A stretch of DNA of 64,000 bases from Octopus sinensis (lineage: Eukaryota), in NCBI RefSeq assembly GCF_006345805.1, contig NC_043011.1:61206464-61270463 (forward strand). The letters run 5' to 3'. Below are positions 1-12,239 of the stretch, one piece after another. A program made the translations under genes and the position numbers. The notes under the pieces were generated by a model. That model was not told the DNA's origin, searched no databases, and saw only the letters and a list, made by a program, of their open reading frames with translations. Each line of letters begins with the position of its first letter. The stretch's first letter is position 1.

Positions 1-594
1 ATATATATATATATATATACACACATACACTTGTCAGTGTGTGTCATGTACTTTCCTTGTCTTGTTTCAATTTTTTTTGCCTCTGTTCACGACATTTGCG
101 AGGAAATTTTATTGTGGTCTGTATGCTCATTATCATAATTCTACGCCAGCTGAAGCGAAATTCTTCTATCGATAAATGTAATGTCTGATGTTTGCGCACG
201 TAACCAGAATGGAAGAGTCACATGAGGATTTGGACAGAACAGTATTGAAACCTGAAGCACACAACACATATATACACACACACACGCATGCACTCTGGCG
301 CACGCACACATACACACATATTGTGTGTGTATATATGTATATATATATAAATAGATATAGTATATATATATTATATATATAATATCTATATATATCATGT
401 ATATATATATACAGTAATAAAAAATAAAACATATGCATAATATAAACATATACTACGTCCCTACCTCTACATGTACATATACACGCATATATGAGTACAG
501 GACACCAATGGACGTCGAACACAATGAGAAACGAAAGCATAGGCACACACCAAAGGAACTGGACATTGTTTTTAAAACAATAAAAAATAGAGTA

Positions 595-627
<33 letters not shown>

Positions 628-849
628 ATATATATGGGAATGAAGATGTATGTGCATGCATAGATACTAGATCTATCAATTCATTAGATGAAGCTATGTT
701 TATCAAAAGGAGTCAATACGGTGGAGTATAAATGTTTTCTGTGCAGTGAAATGCCTTATGTGAGGTTACGCTTCTCACTACTCAGCGGTTCGAGAGTAAA
801 TTGTCAGTAAGAAGTCCATACGTAATGAATATGTGTGTGATTTGTAGGA

Positions 850-1130
850 GGAAATGGTTGAGTCATGCTGGCCTGGTCAGATTCCAGAGAACTCAGGGGA
901 ATCAACCGTTTGTTAATTGTGATGCTGCTATCATTCACAACGGAGCATGAACACCCTGTGGAATGGTGAGCTGCTCAGTTGGAGAATTAAAAAGGCATGA
1001 CAAAAGAGTCCCTTCTGCCAGCCAGCATAGCTGTGCATTATGCAATAGAATGGGCAAATGTTTGGCCAGGCCCGAGAGTCATGCAGGAGTCTCACATTGC
1101 ATCATCACTGACTCATTTCAAGGATTCTTT
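850..1130 (+). mobile_element. Possible decayed RTE-clade LINE 3' end
   Basis: ORF 963-1223 contains HSCALCNRMGKCLARPESH, resembling the C-terminal CxxCxRxC...SH motif of RTE LINEs. No RT motif is visible. Confidence 0.3.
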
Positions 1131-1231
1131 CTAACAATCGCTTTTCTCGTACACAAGACGGCAGCTACTATACATATATGTGTGTGTGTGGGAGGGAGGT
1201 GTTTGTGTTTATATGTATATTGATATATGTT

Positions 1232-1264
<33 letters not shown>

Positions 1265-1268
<4 letters not shown>

Positions 1269-1445
1269 ATTTTTTCCTCTGTCTTCCTTTTCTATTGTAC
1301 TTTCCCCTGTCTCCTGTTTGTGAAGAAGAGCCTTGCTCGAAACGTAAAACCACCTTTGTCTCCTGACCGTCTGCTAATTCTTTGTATGTTCTACGTCCTC
1401 GCGTTGTGGTTTTTTCATGTGTTTGTTCTTCGTTTTTTTTTTACT
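1265..1445 (+). mobile_element. PLE pseudo-LTR remnant (GAGC/GCTC hammerhead family)
   Basis: Contains GTGAAGA-A-GAGC-CTT-GCTC-GAAA-CGT-A at 1320-1346 and ends in a TA-rich microsatellite. Homologous to 1710-1910, 51340-51555 and 56843-57055. Confidence 0.6.
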
Positions 1446-1529
1446 ATATGTATATATATACATATATATATGTATATATACATGCATACATACATATACA
1501 TGCATATGTATACGTTTTATCATTTATCT

Positions 1530-1625
1530 TTTACTTGCTTCAGTCATCTTCACTGCGGCCATGCTGCAGTACCGCATTGAAGGATTATTTTGTGGAACAA
1601 ATCGATCCCAGGACTTATTTTTTAA
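1530..1625 (-). mobile_element. SINE family B 3' fragment
   Basis: The reverse complement contains cagcatggccgcagtgaagatgactgaagcaagtaaa, the family-B tail. Confidence 0.7.
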
Positions 1626-1663
1626 ACACACAGACACACAGACACACAGACACACAGACACAC

Positions 1664-1709
<46 letters not shown>

Positions 1710-1710
<1 letters not shown>

Positions 1711-1910
1711 ATCCAAACAAGAAAGCACAAAAAAACACACCAACGCGAGGACGTGGAACAAATATAGTATTATTGGACGCTCAGGAAAGAAGGAAAGAAG
1801 GAGGGTGTAACGTTTCGAGCGGAGCTCTTCGTCGGAAACATAGGAGAAGGAAAGATCCAGAGAAGAGAAGACAGAGGGAAAAAAATCGCCAACGGTACAC
1901 ACGAGGTCAC
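1710..1910 (-). mobile_element. PLE pseudo-LTR remnant (GAGC/GCTC hammerhead family)
   Basis: Minus strand reads CCGACGA-A-GAGC-TCC-GCTC-GAAA-CGTT (about 1809-1835). Flanked by (TA)n and (TAA)n. The core is identical to that at 56937-56962. Confidence 0.65.
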
Positions 1911-1959
<49 letters not shown>

Positions 1960-1976
1960 TATAATGAACATTAATA

Positions 1977-2470
1977 CTCATGAAAGATATTAATGTTTGT
2001 GGTCGCAAGCTACAGCCGTTTAGAAAAAATAACCATGGATATATTTATAAAATTATATATTATAAAGGTGCATTTTTATAAAAGAGACCAGTGTCGCTGA
2101 ACATAGGAGTTAAAACCTTCCGAAGCCACAATAATTAACACTATATTTACACAGGCATGGTTGGAAAAAAAATTAAGTGAATTAAGGAATAGCTTTATAT
2201 CTCTGGAATATTACAAGAAGGAATACTAGTTAATTTGATATTATGATTTCTAATTTAGCGATTCTTAATTCACTTAAATGTTTTCCAACCATGCCTGTGT
2301 AAATACAGTGTTAATTTTTGCTGCTTCGGAGAGTTCGAACTCCTATGCTCAGCAAAGCTGGTGTATTTAAGAAAAAACACCCTTATTATATATAATTTTT
2401 GTATATATATCTACTTACTTTGCTAATACGGCTGTTGCTTGCGGCCACAAATATTTATATCTCTCATGAG
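1977..2470. mobile_element. Head-to-head inverted pair of PLE pseudo-LTR ends (MITE-like hairpin)
   Basis: Arms about 1977-2190 and 2261-2470 are diverged reverse complements. The minus arm starts at 2260 with the 3' half of the hammerhead seen at 2598-2655. Confidence 0.65.
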
Positions 2471-2499
2471 TATTAGAGATTTTATTTGTGTTTATAAAG

Positions 2500-2825
2500 T
2501 TGTGTTCACTTAATTTCGTTTCCCTCAGTACTGCTAGGCCACTGAAACGAACTCAGGCACTGGTTGAAGTGATAATTAAGTGTTTATTTTACGGTGGACT
2601 TAACTGAAGAGAATCGAGCGTGTCTTTTGGCGCTTAATTCGAAATCATATCAAGTTAACTGGATTTCCATCATGCATTTTTCCGTAATTCACTTAATTTT
2701 TTTCCAACCATGCCAGTGTAAAAATACTGTTAATTTTTGTGGCTTGGGAGAGTTTTAAATCCTATGTTCAGCAAACTGGTGATTTTTCAAAAAAGGCACC
2801 CTTATTTTATATGATTTTTATATGT
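2500..2825 (+). mobile_element. PLE pseudo-LTR copy with hammerhead, truncated by a SINE
   Basis: HHR at 2598-2655, followed by 2680-2820, which is homologous to 2261-2400. Confidence 0.6.
2598..2655 (+). ncRNA. Type I hammerhead ribozyme motif (decayed stem III)
   Basis: ACTTAA-CTGAAGA-GAAT.GAGCG..CGCTT.ATTC-GAAA-TCAT-A-TCAAGT. Confidence 0.6.
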
Positions 2826-2827
2826 AT

Positions 2828-3235
2828 GGGGGAAGGAGTGGATGTACGATAATTAGCTTGCGTACCTACCACATGGTCTCGGGTTCAGTCACTCTCCGCA
2901 GCATCTTGGTCAAGTATCTTTGGTATCTTCTACCAAAGACTTGTGAGTAGATTTGGTAGACGGAAACTGAAAGAAACCCGTTGTACACATACACACAATC
3001 ACACAAACACACATGCATGTGTGTATCTGTGTTTGTCACCCCACCATCGCTTGACTACCGATGTTGGTGTGTTTATTCTCGGTAACTTAGCGGTTCGGCA
3101 AAATAGTCCGATAGAATAAGTACTAAGCTTACTAAGAATAAGTCTTGGGGGCGATTTGTCCGACTAAAGGCGCTACTCTAGCATGGCCGCATTCAAATGA
3201 CTGAAACAAATAAAATAATAAAAGAATAAAAGAAT
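2828..3235 (+). mobile_element. tRNA-derived SINE family B, full length, diverged
   Basis: tRNA-like head with B-box GGTTCAGTC, core ggcaagtatctt, internal (CA/TG) tract, and tail agcatggccgc...aaatgactgaaac...(aaagaat)n. Confidence 0.85.
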
Positions 3236-4118
3236 ACATATAATTATACATATATATATATATATGCGTATATGTGTGTGTGTGTGCGTGTTATGTATGT
3301 ATGTATGTATGTATGTATGTATGTATGTATATAATCAAAAAATGAAGAAAACCTCAGATCAACAAACACATCGATTGGACAAAATTTATAGTTTATTCTT
3401 CAATAGAAAGCATGACATAAAATATATCTGGTGTAACAAATCTTACGGCCGTTTCTGCATCAGTTGCCAAACACTGTCTATAAATAATTGCGAAAATAAA
3501 ATTCTTCAACTTCATACGACATTCGAATTACTGCACGGAGCTTCATCAGAGAGAAAGACAAGAACATCCAAAATAAACAACGGAAGAAGGAATACGAAAG
3601 AAAACGACCTAGAAAAGAAATCTAGAAGCCCAATATATCAAAAGCATATAATTAACCATCTAGGGGCTACGCGGTCCATAAGTAAAAGTGTTCTACGACA
3701 CTGATTAATTCTAGATCCGAAAATCTTAGCAAATACGCACGAATTTCTTTTGACGAATTGGGAGACACCCTCATCTCCGTATTAAGCATGTAGCCTTCCA
3801 GATTTTGGCTTCCTCCCCGTTAAATAATTGAATATCATATGGATTCTACAAGTTCGTTCTCAGATATGTTGGCTCTTCCTATTTGTTGATTTTATGACTA
3901 ATATTTCCCCTATTTCTTGTAATTCTCTCATATTTTGCATGTATCATTTCATTCTTGCGTATAGGAGTATAGCCCTGTTTTTCTTTCTTATTTTGAAAAA
4001 CTACTTAGTAAAAAGGTTCATATTATTGTAATAACTGACATAAGAAACCGCAGGTTTGGAATTTCCATCTATTCATTATTTTTTTTACATATATTTTGAT
4101 ACACACACAAACCTGTTC

Positions 4119-4152
<34 letters not shown>

Positions 4153-4535
4153 ACCGAAGAGATGGTGTTGTGGATTACCACTTCTGCATCTGAAACTCAG
4201 AGTTTTATCTTGACTATTGAGTAATTGTAACATATTATTATTATATATATATGTATGTATATATAAATGCATAGGAAGTTATATATTCAGAAAAACTTTC
4301 ATGCGAAAACCTAGAATTTGTAATTTTCCCCCTGTCTTGTATTTGTTTTATGTATGTCAAATTTAAGTTGCAGATGCATAGAATAATATATTTTCACACA
4401 AAAAAAACTATTATACGATAATATTTGTAATGTGCAGACTTAGTTTTGTATTTCTACTTTGATTTAGTGATAGATACATACAAAAATACTAATTTCTCGT
4501 TTCGTTAAACAATAAATTTTGTTGTATAAGTATAC

Positions 4536-4567
<32 letters not shown>

Positions 4568-4858
4568 GGAGGAGGATGAAGAGGAGGAGGAGGAGGAGAA
4601 GAGGAGAAGAAGAAGAAGAAGGAGAAGAAAAAGAAGAAGAGGAGGAGGAGGAGGAGAAGAAGAAGAAGAAGAAGAAGAAAAGAAAGGAGGAGGAGAGAAG
4701 AAGAAGAAGAAAAGAAGAAAGAGAAGAAGAAGAAGAAGGAGAAGAAGAAGAAGAAGAAGAAGAAAGAGGAGGAGGAGAAGAAGAAGAAGAAGAAGAAGAA
4801 GAAAGAGAAGAAGAAGAAGAAGAAGAAGAAGAAGAAGAAGAAGAAGAAGAAGAAGAAG
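4536..4858. repeat. (GAA/GGA)n microsatellite
   Basis: Direct reading. Source of the poly-E/R/S/L ORFs. Confidence 0.95.
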
Positions 4859-6409
4859 GCACTTTGACAACAGGTATTTCAGCTGCATTTTATTGATGAA
4901 TTCTTAAATTACTCCAAGTCAAAAATCTTCTCGGTTCAGGTGATTTGGAGCAAAGAAATACAAAGGTAGGAGAGGAAATTTAAGACGAACATCTCAGCAC
5001 GTAACGTAGTGAAGCAAGCAACGAAGCTTTTACACTATCGTAACAATTGTCATATTTATTTCCGCAACATTGGTTCATTATTTTTGAAGATTGCCTATAT
5101 TCATGTGCGAGAAAATGGATTGAGTTCATTGCACACCATGTACCCTGTATATTTTGTTGTCGTACACTAGGAGCACCAAATCATCTTTGAGTGTTGTCTT
5201 CTGATTTAAGCTTTTCTCATCTGGTCTTCATACCTTTTTTTCTTTCCTCTTCGTGCTTTATTCCTTTCTCAATGTTCTTCCTGGTTTGTGTTGATGTTTT
5301 TGCGTTGCATTTCCTGATTTCCCTCTATTATCACGTTTTATCCTCTTTTTACCATGTTTCATGTTCTCTCTTTGTATTTGTTGGCTTTTTACTACCACAT
5401 GTATTCTGCACGTTTGTTCTCAGATTTGTTTCTCTTTTTATTTGTTAATTTTATGACTTATATTTTCCCTTTTTCTTCATCTTCTTCTCCAATACTTCGC
5501 ACGTATCATTTCATTGTTTCAATTTCGGCTTCAACACCGAATTCGTTCCATTGTGTAACAGCGTTTAAATGTAAAGCTGCAATAAAATTTTAATTGCAAA
5601 AAACAAAAAAAAGAAGAATGCAAGAGTTAAAAAATAATGAATAAAATTATATAAAAAAAGGCAAGAGACTCGAATACATTCCTTACTGTCTGACTGTTTG
5701 CTCTCTTACCAATGCAACAAAGTTAAACGTTTCTTTGCAACAGAAAACACATACAAAGAGAAAGACAGAAATAGAGAGAGAAATAGAGAGAGGCATAAAG
5801 AGAGAGAGAGAGAGAGAGAGATAGTAAGAAAGAGTAATATTCCCTCCCCCGCTGCAAACCTCATTACCTGGGTCAGTTACACGAAAAGTTCAACAGTTGA
5901 AGCGTTTCGTTATTTAAAGCAACCGCAGATAACTAACCGTTTTGTATTAACCCTTTCATTTCACGCCATACAAATCGATTGCCTATATTCATCTCAGCTT
6001 CAATTTCCTGTCGATAGGACGTTCTTTAAAATATATTGGTTCAATCATTTTTGATTGATCTGTTTGAGCCTTTTCTTTTTTTCTTCTTTTCCTTTTTACC
6101 AGCACATTTTGTCGATTTCTGAAAATAATTTTATCATAATAGTAACAAGGCCTCAGGCATGTTGATGCAGCGATGGTGATGACGGCGATGGCGGTGGTGA
6201 AGGTGCTGACTGCGCTATGGTCAGTTAATTCAATTAGCTCTGTTACACAATTTATGCTTAATTAATCGAATGACCCCTAAAGTGAAGAAAAGTAGCATTT
6301 GATCTCCTATGAGGTTTGAGCTAACAATATATAAGAATGGAACTAATTCCTACAAATAGTTACCATCCACTTTTTGTCATATCTGCTCAGCCTTCATAGC
6401 TCGGGCAGT

Positions 6410-6823
6410 ATTGATCGTAATAATGGTTTCAAATATTGCTTCAAGGGAAGCCATTTTGCGAGGAGGTGATGAGTCAATTATACCGATACCAAGGTTTCAC
6501 TGGTACTTGATTTATCGCCCCCCGAAAGGATGAACGGCAAAGTCGACCATGGAGAAATTTGAACTCAGAACGTAACGGCAGACGAAATACCTATTTCTTT
6601 ATTACCCACAAGGGGCTAGACACAGAGAGGACGAACAAGGACAGACAAACGGATTAAGTCGATTATATCGACCCCAATGCGTAACTGGTACTTAATTTAT
6701 CGACCCCCGAAAGGATGAAAGGCAAAGTCGACCTCGGCGGAATTTGAACTCGGAACGTAGCGGCAGACGAAATACCGCTAGGCATTTGGCCCGGCGTGCT
6801 AACATTTCTGCCAGGTACCCGCC
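6410..6823 (-). mobile_element. SINE family A compound (monomer with tail 1 plus second partial monomer with tail 2)
   Basis: Minus strand has head ggcggg..tggcagaaatgttagcacgccggg, B-box gagttcaaattcc and core gactttgcctttcatcctttcggggg..cgataaattaagtacc. It restarts at ggtattt after the tail aataaagaaataggtattt. Confidence 0.85.
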
Positions 6824-7179
6824 TTATATGAAGAAAAAAAAAAAATAATAGTAATAATACTGATTCTTCCTTCTACATGTACAATGTTTGAAATGTTGGG
6901 AAAGAAGGATAATCAATAACACCAAGGCCAGTGTTTGACTGGTGGTTGTTTTATCCACCCCACAAAGGGATGGAAGACAAAGATGAGTCCTGCGTGAGTT
7001 GAACTCAAAACGTCTTAAATATTGGCTTCAGATTTTGGCGCAAGGCCATCAATTTTGGAGGCCATATTGGCTTACCACCTTGAATTCTTAGTCGCATGGA
7101 CCATCCCCAGTACCAAGCGGTGTGGCAGGACGAACACAGAAATAAAGTTACGCACACACATAGATACACAAATATATAT

Positions 7180-7530
7180 ACGTATGACGGGATTCTTTCA
7201 GTTTCTTCCTACCAAATCCACTAACAAGGCTTTGATCGCCCCGAAAATATATAGTAGAAGATACTTGCCGAAGGTGGACACAGTGGGATTGAACACAGTA
7301 CCATGTGATTAGGAGGCAAAATTCTTACCACCTCTACGTATGCATCTATGTTGCATGTACGACCGACGTCTACACAGTTTCCGTCATCCAAATCAACACG
7401 CGAAGCTTTAGTTAGCCCGGGGTTACAGTAGAGGCCACTTGCCAAGCTGCCACGCATTGGCACAAAATCCGAAACTCCGTGGCTGCATAGCAGTTATTTT
7501 AAACCAAACAGCCCTACCTGCGCCTATGCA
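7180..7530 (-). mobile_element. Two partial, diverged SINE family B 5' halves
   Basis: Reverse complements of the head (gttcaatcccactgtgtccaccttcggcaagtatctt) and of ttggtaggaagaaactgaaagaatcccgtc. Confidence 0.7.
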
Positions 7531-7769
7531 AATTGCCTCAGCCACCTCATGTCATTTGGTCAATGAGAGACCCAGTCTTCCTCTCGACAAAGTATATAGA
7601 TATATCTCTTTATTACTTCATAAATATTCATTTTAAAGAAGGTCAATTTCAGTCTGAAGAGTTCCGTTCATATAATAGAAGATACTTGTAAATATAGCTT
7701 AATTAGGCCTATAGAAATTGAGATGAAAATATCAGACTGAAAGATAGACACAAAGAGATAATGAGAAAC

Positions 7770-7839
<70 letters not shown>

Positions 7840-8375
7840 GACAGAGAAAGAGAGAGAAAGATGTATATGCTTATATATGCGTACAAAAATGCATCCACAT
7901 ATACACAACAGATATATTCTTACGTACAAGCACGCATATACACACATACAAATATGTCCACACACTCACACATGCACACACATATATGGATCTGCAGCCA
8001 TATATATATATGTATATGTATGATTATGTCTGCGTGGGTATGTGTTCTGTATTTAGTGCAAAACGTTATGAATGAAAGAATGTTTGCTTAACTCGTCATT
8101 GTTCTTTCCGTTAGGAGTGAATATCAAATAATATTACGCTACGACCTCAATAGTTAAACCAGCAGACAATTCCATGTGTCCTGCTATTATTTCTAATCTT
8201 GTGGTCTGTATGATACACTACTGTAGGAATTCGTCCTCACTAACAACCATAATAGTCCGTTTAGTGTTAACCTATTAAAAACAGGAAATGTTAAAACTTA
8301 ACCTGATGCAATATATTTCGTGAAGCAAAAAGTGCAAAATGAAGAGATTACTAACGCCATTTTGTTTCTCCGTCA

Positions 8376-8473
8376 GGCGACGGAGTGTTTGTGCGGTAAG
8401 AAGTTTGCTTTCTACCATATGCTTCTGGGTTCAGTCCCTCAGCGTGGAATCTAGGCCAAATGTCTTTTACTAC
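8376..8473 (+). mobile_element. SINE family B head fragment
   Basis: ggcgacggagtg...gggttcagtccctcagcgtgg. Confidence 0.7.
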
Positions 8474-8505
8474 ACACACCACACACACACACACACACAC
8501 GCATT

Positions 8506-8537
<32 letters not shown>

Positions 8538-8601
8538 TATACATGCATACATACATACATACATACATACAAACATACATACATACATATATACATATAT
8601 A

Positions 8602-8790
8602 TCTATTATATAAAATCCGCTCTGTGTGTGTGTGTGTGTGTATTCTAGGATCTCGGCCATCCTCCATCCGATTACGCTCAAACTTGATATGCAGATACCG
8701 ACGGTATCAGGGCATTTAGAAGTCTTGAGAAATTACAAAAAATCGATTCCAGGTGAGAATGCGGTCGATAAAGCCGTGGGAACGTGCATT
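8602..8790 (+). mobile_element. Possible non-autonomous Helitron-like element
   Basis: Starts A|TCTATTATATAAAA, has an internal (TG)n, and ends in a GCGG...CCGT hairpin. No 3' CTRR was seen. Confidence 0.3.
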
Positions 8791-8983
8791 TGTAAAATTG
8801 TTTTTCTTGGAATAGGAAAAACGTATATCTTTATTTCTTCTTTTGCTGGTGTCTGAAATTTAAGTTAAATCAGTGTTTCTCAAATGGGGCGGCTATGGGA
8901 AAGTCGGACACGTTGTTTTGAGAAAATTTGGTTTAAATGTTTGACAACTCAGCACCGTCCATTGGACGGGGGGCGTTTTGCTC

Positions 8984-9024
<41 letters not shown>

Positions 9025-9198
9025 CAAATAAATGATACAACAAGGCACCGATATTTACTGCAAAATAGCAATCGTAATTAATACAACGCTATTGTATAGC
9101 TTCACTGCGTAAATACTAGCAAATACTAGCAAAGATGAAAACAATTTGTTTTAATTCTAGGAAGAACATCTGATAAATGGACAACCTAGAATCGGATA

Positions 9199-9269
9199 AT
9201 GCAGGACCGGTTTCAGACTCTTCAAATACGTTTGACAACGTAGATTTGATTTGTCTTCATCAGCTGCAT
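9199..9269 (-). ncRNA. Type I hammerhead ribozyme, complete core
   Basis: Minus strand reads ATGCAG-CTGATGA-AGAC...GTCT-GAAA-CCGGT-C-CTGCAT: 6-bp stem I, extended stem II, palindromic ACCGGT stem III, GUC cleavage site. Confidence 0.8.
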
Positions 9270-10324
9270 ATACCTAGACAATATTTCAAATGTTGCCATA
9301 TCTATACCAGTACACTCATCTGAACGCCAAAACGTTAACAGAACGATAACAGTGAAGAAGTTTCAATGAAAATAATAATGCAATATGAAAGTATATATGT
9401 GTGTGTGTGTGTGTATTTATATACTATATACATGTACGTATGTATTTATATACTATATACATGAGGATGCATGTGTGTCTGTATGCGTGTATATCAGAGA
9501 AAGGCTCTGGAAGGGTGCGTCCTCGAGAAAAACGTATTTTCAAAATCTGCGACCCAAGGAGAAAAATAAAATTTGCATCGTGAAACAGCTCAACATTGAG
9601 ACCACCATATTTCTCTCTCTATCTGTCTGTCTGTCTGTCTCTCTCTATTTATCTATCTATCTGTATCTATCTCACTCCCTCTGTCTTTTATGCCTTTCTC
9701 TTCTCTCAGTATATTTACCTCTGTATATGTATATCACAAACGCAAGCAGCTTTTCCTATTTCTCTTGAGATAATATATAATGCAATATCAAGAGCGTCTC
9801 AATGTTAATTTTTTACTTACTTGTTCGACCGTTTCACTTGACTTCGTTCATTAAAACTTATTAAAATTTCTTAAAATCTTTTTTACAATTTTTGTCGTTA
9901 TAATGTTTTGTTTTCATTTTCTTTAAAACTTCGTGGACGTAATGTTTTTGTTTTCATTTTGTGACAGACAGCTATCACGCAGAAAATGATAGCATCCCAA
10001 ATCGTGTTCTCTAAATTGGGTAAACGTTATCAAACAGAAACATTCATCTGGAAGTTTTATGGAATAAGTGAATCACAGAATTGAATTCAGCATCAAAAAT
10101 GACATCGATATTGAAAATCTGAAAATTTTGAGCAACAGAAAAGATTCTTCTGTCTATCAGTCTAATGCATCGGAAACTTTCCTCCTCTCTCTATATATTA
10201 ACTACACTCTTTCAGTCTTCCTCCTAATAAATATATCACTGACGCTGAATCTGTGTATGTTTGCATGTTTGTGTGTATGTGTATTATGCTTAAACACACA
10301 CACTCATATATATATAAAGTCACC

Positions 10325-10621
10325 TTATTTTTCTCGAGCCATGCCTGGCTCACAAAAGCCGGTTTCCCTGTTTCCGTGGCGTAAGGGTTCTCCACCTGGA
10401 CGGGATGCCGGTCCATCGCAGGTGAGCTGCAAGATGCAGGAGGAAAGAGTAAGAGAAAGTTGTGGCGAAAGAGTCAGCGGAAGTTCACCATTACCTCCTG
10501 CCGGAGCTGCGTGGAGATTAGGTGTTTCGCTCATAAACACACACATCACCCGGTATGAGATTCGAACCCACGATCGTTCGACCGCGTGTCCGCTGCCCTA
10601 GCCACTAGGCCATGTGCCTCC
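10325..10621 (-). mobile_element. tRNA-derived SINE family D (V-domain-like segment)
   Basis: Head ggaggcacatggcctagtggctagggc with B-box ggttcgaatctc. Contains tgcgatggaccggcatcccgtccagg. Confidence 0.8.
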
Positions 10622-10750
10622 GCATATAGCCACCTTAATATTTATAAATCTCATTTCACCATTTTCGAAATCATTCAATGTTTCCTACGGTGTTCTCTAA
10701 AAGACTGACAAAGTGACTTAAATTCTTCAACCCTTAGCGACCCGGGTAAT

Positions 10751-10800
10751 GGGTCACAGATGAAGATTAATCAAGTCTGAAATCAGCGCTGATGTGACTC
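10751..10800 (+). ncRNA. Decayed type I hammerhead ribozyme
   Basis: GGGTCA-CAGATGA-AGATT.aatca.AGTCT-GAAA-TCAGCGCTGAT-G-TGACTC. All three stems pair, but the core has U4A and G at position 17. Confidence 0.65.
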
Positions 10801-11084
10801 CATGTCGCTTTCCGTTGGGAGGGAGATCGTCTCTCTTGTCAGTCGTTAGAAACGTGCTCTCGCGTGGCTAAGAGTTGTTCTGACTCTTATTTCTAGCAAT
10901 GCTGGTGCAGACAACCACTCTGCGTCTATTTAGTGACGACTGTACTTGTTGCCCTTCGGTTGTAAATTGCGAATAGCCAACTTAATAATTTATATACTTA
11001 TATATGTATGTGTGTGTGCGTGTGTGTATGTGTGTGTGTATGTGTGTCTGTGTATGTATGTGTGTGTGTGTGTGTGTGTCTGTC

Positions 11085-11320
11085 TGTCTCTTTTTGCCTC
11101 AATTTGTCACCTCGCCGGCGCTTAGCAACAGGTATTCCTTTGTGTATAACTGCAAGTTACCTGTCCGACAAAAAGACCGACAGATAAAGTTCTAGTCCTT
11201 AAAAAGTCGTCAGTATTGGTGTCGATTTATTTGACTAAGACCCTTCAAGCGGGGTCTTACCCAGCTAAAATCCCCAGCATGGCCGCAAATAAATGACTGA
11301 AACTTGTAAAAATTAAAAGA
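11085..11320 (+). mobile_element. SINE family B 3' half, diverged
   Basis: gtcgatttatttgactaa...ccccagcatggccgcaaataaatgactgaaac. Confidence 0.7.
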
Positions 11321-11757
11321 TTATGAATGTGTTCTATAGTATTTCGGTACTGACCCGCCCTACTTTCAGAGTTTCATTAGTACCGTCTCACCGTAGTTTT
11401 GTCAACCCGCCTATCATTATATTATGTATTGAGAGTATTTTATTTATTTGCTTTTCAGACACCACATATCTTAGCTGTTTACTCTTTCACAGATTTTCCT
11501 GTTGTATCAATGACATCATTTTAATCAGGCGCAATTGAATGTCTTCCTTCAGTTACCTACTCTATATCGTATCTGTAATACTTGACACACGAATATATGG
11601 CTTCGGAGAACAAAGATCTATCTCTGAATATTCAAACACGCCGACCAACCAATCCTGTCAGTTATTTTCTTTTCACATTTCCTTTTGTTATTGTCATGTT
11701 CAGTCAATATCGTAGGTAAAATTTTATGATTTTACTTAGACGTTCGTAAGTATTTTA

Positions 11758-11770
11758 GTGTTGTTGTTGC

Positions 11771-11805
<35 letters not shown>

Positions 11806-11860
11806 TAATAATAATAATAATAATTATAATAATAATAATAATTATAATAATAATAATAAT

Positions 11861-11914
<54 letters not shown>

Positions 11915-12054
11915 TAGAAGAAGAAGAAGAAGAAGAAGAAGAAGAGGAAAAGGAAGAGGAGGAAAAAGAAGGAGATGAAAAGAAGAAGTACAAGGAGGAG
12001 GAGGAGAAGAAGAAGAAAGAAGAAGAAGAAGAAGAAGAAGGAGAAGAAGAAGGA

Positions 12055-12097
<43 letters not shown>

Positions 12098-12230
12098 GAG
12101 AAGAAGAATAGAAGAAGAAGAAGAAGAAGAGGAAGAAGAAGAGGAAAAAGAAGGAGAAGAAAAGAAGAAGTACAAGGAGGAGGAGGAGGAGGAGGAGAAG
12201 TAGAAGAAGAAGAAGAAGAAGAAGAAGAAT
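11758..12230. repeat. Compound (TAA)n + (GAA/GGA)n microsatellite
   Basis: Direct reading. Confidence 0.95.
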
Positions 12231-12239
12231 CATTTCTAC

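Noticed and set aside
1977-2470. Tc1/mariner MITE reading (TA-flanked long TIRs)
   Set aside because: The arms are unequal, one begins inside a hammerhead, and a third direct copy with the full ribozyme lies next door. This fits PLE inverted ends better, and the TA flanks may be chance in AT-rich DNA.
8870-8990. hAT-like terminal fragment (a similar one lies at about 57165-57240)
   Set aside because: Only one degenerate end is visible, with no matching TIR or TSD.
11345-11385. GGTACT/AGTACC stem with GAAA and GUC on the minus strand
   Set aside because: The CUGANGA core and stem III are missing.
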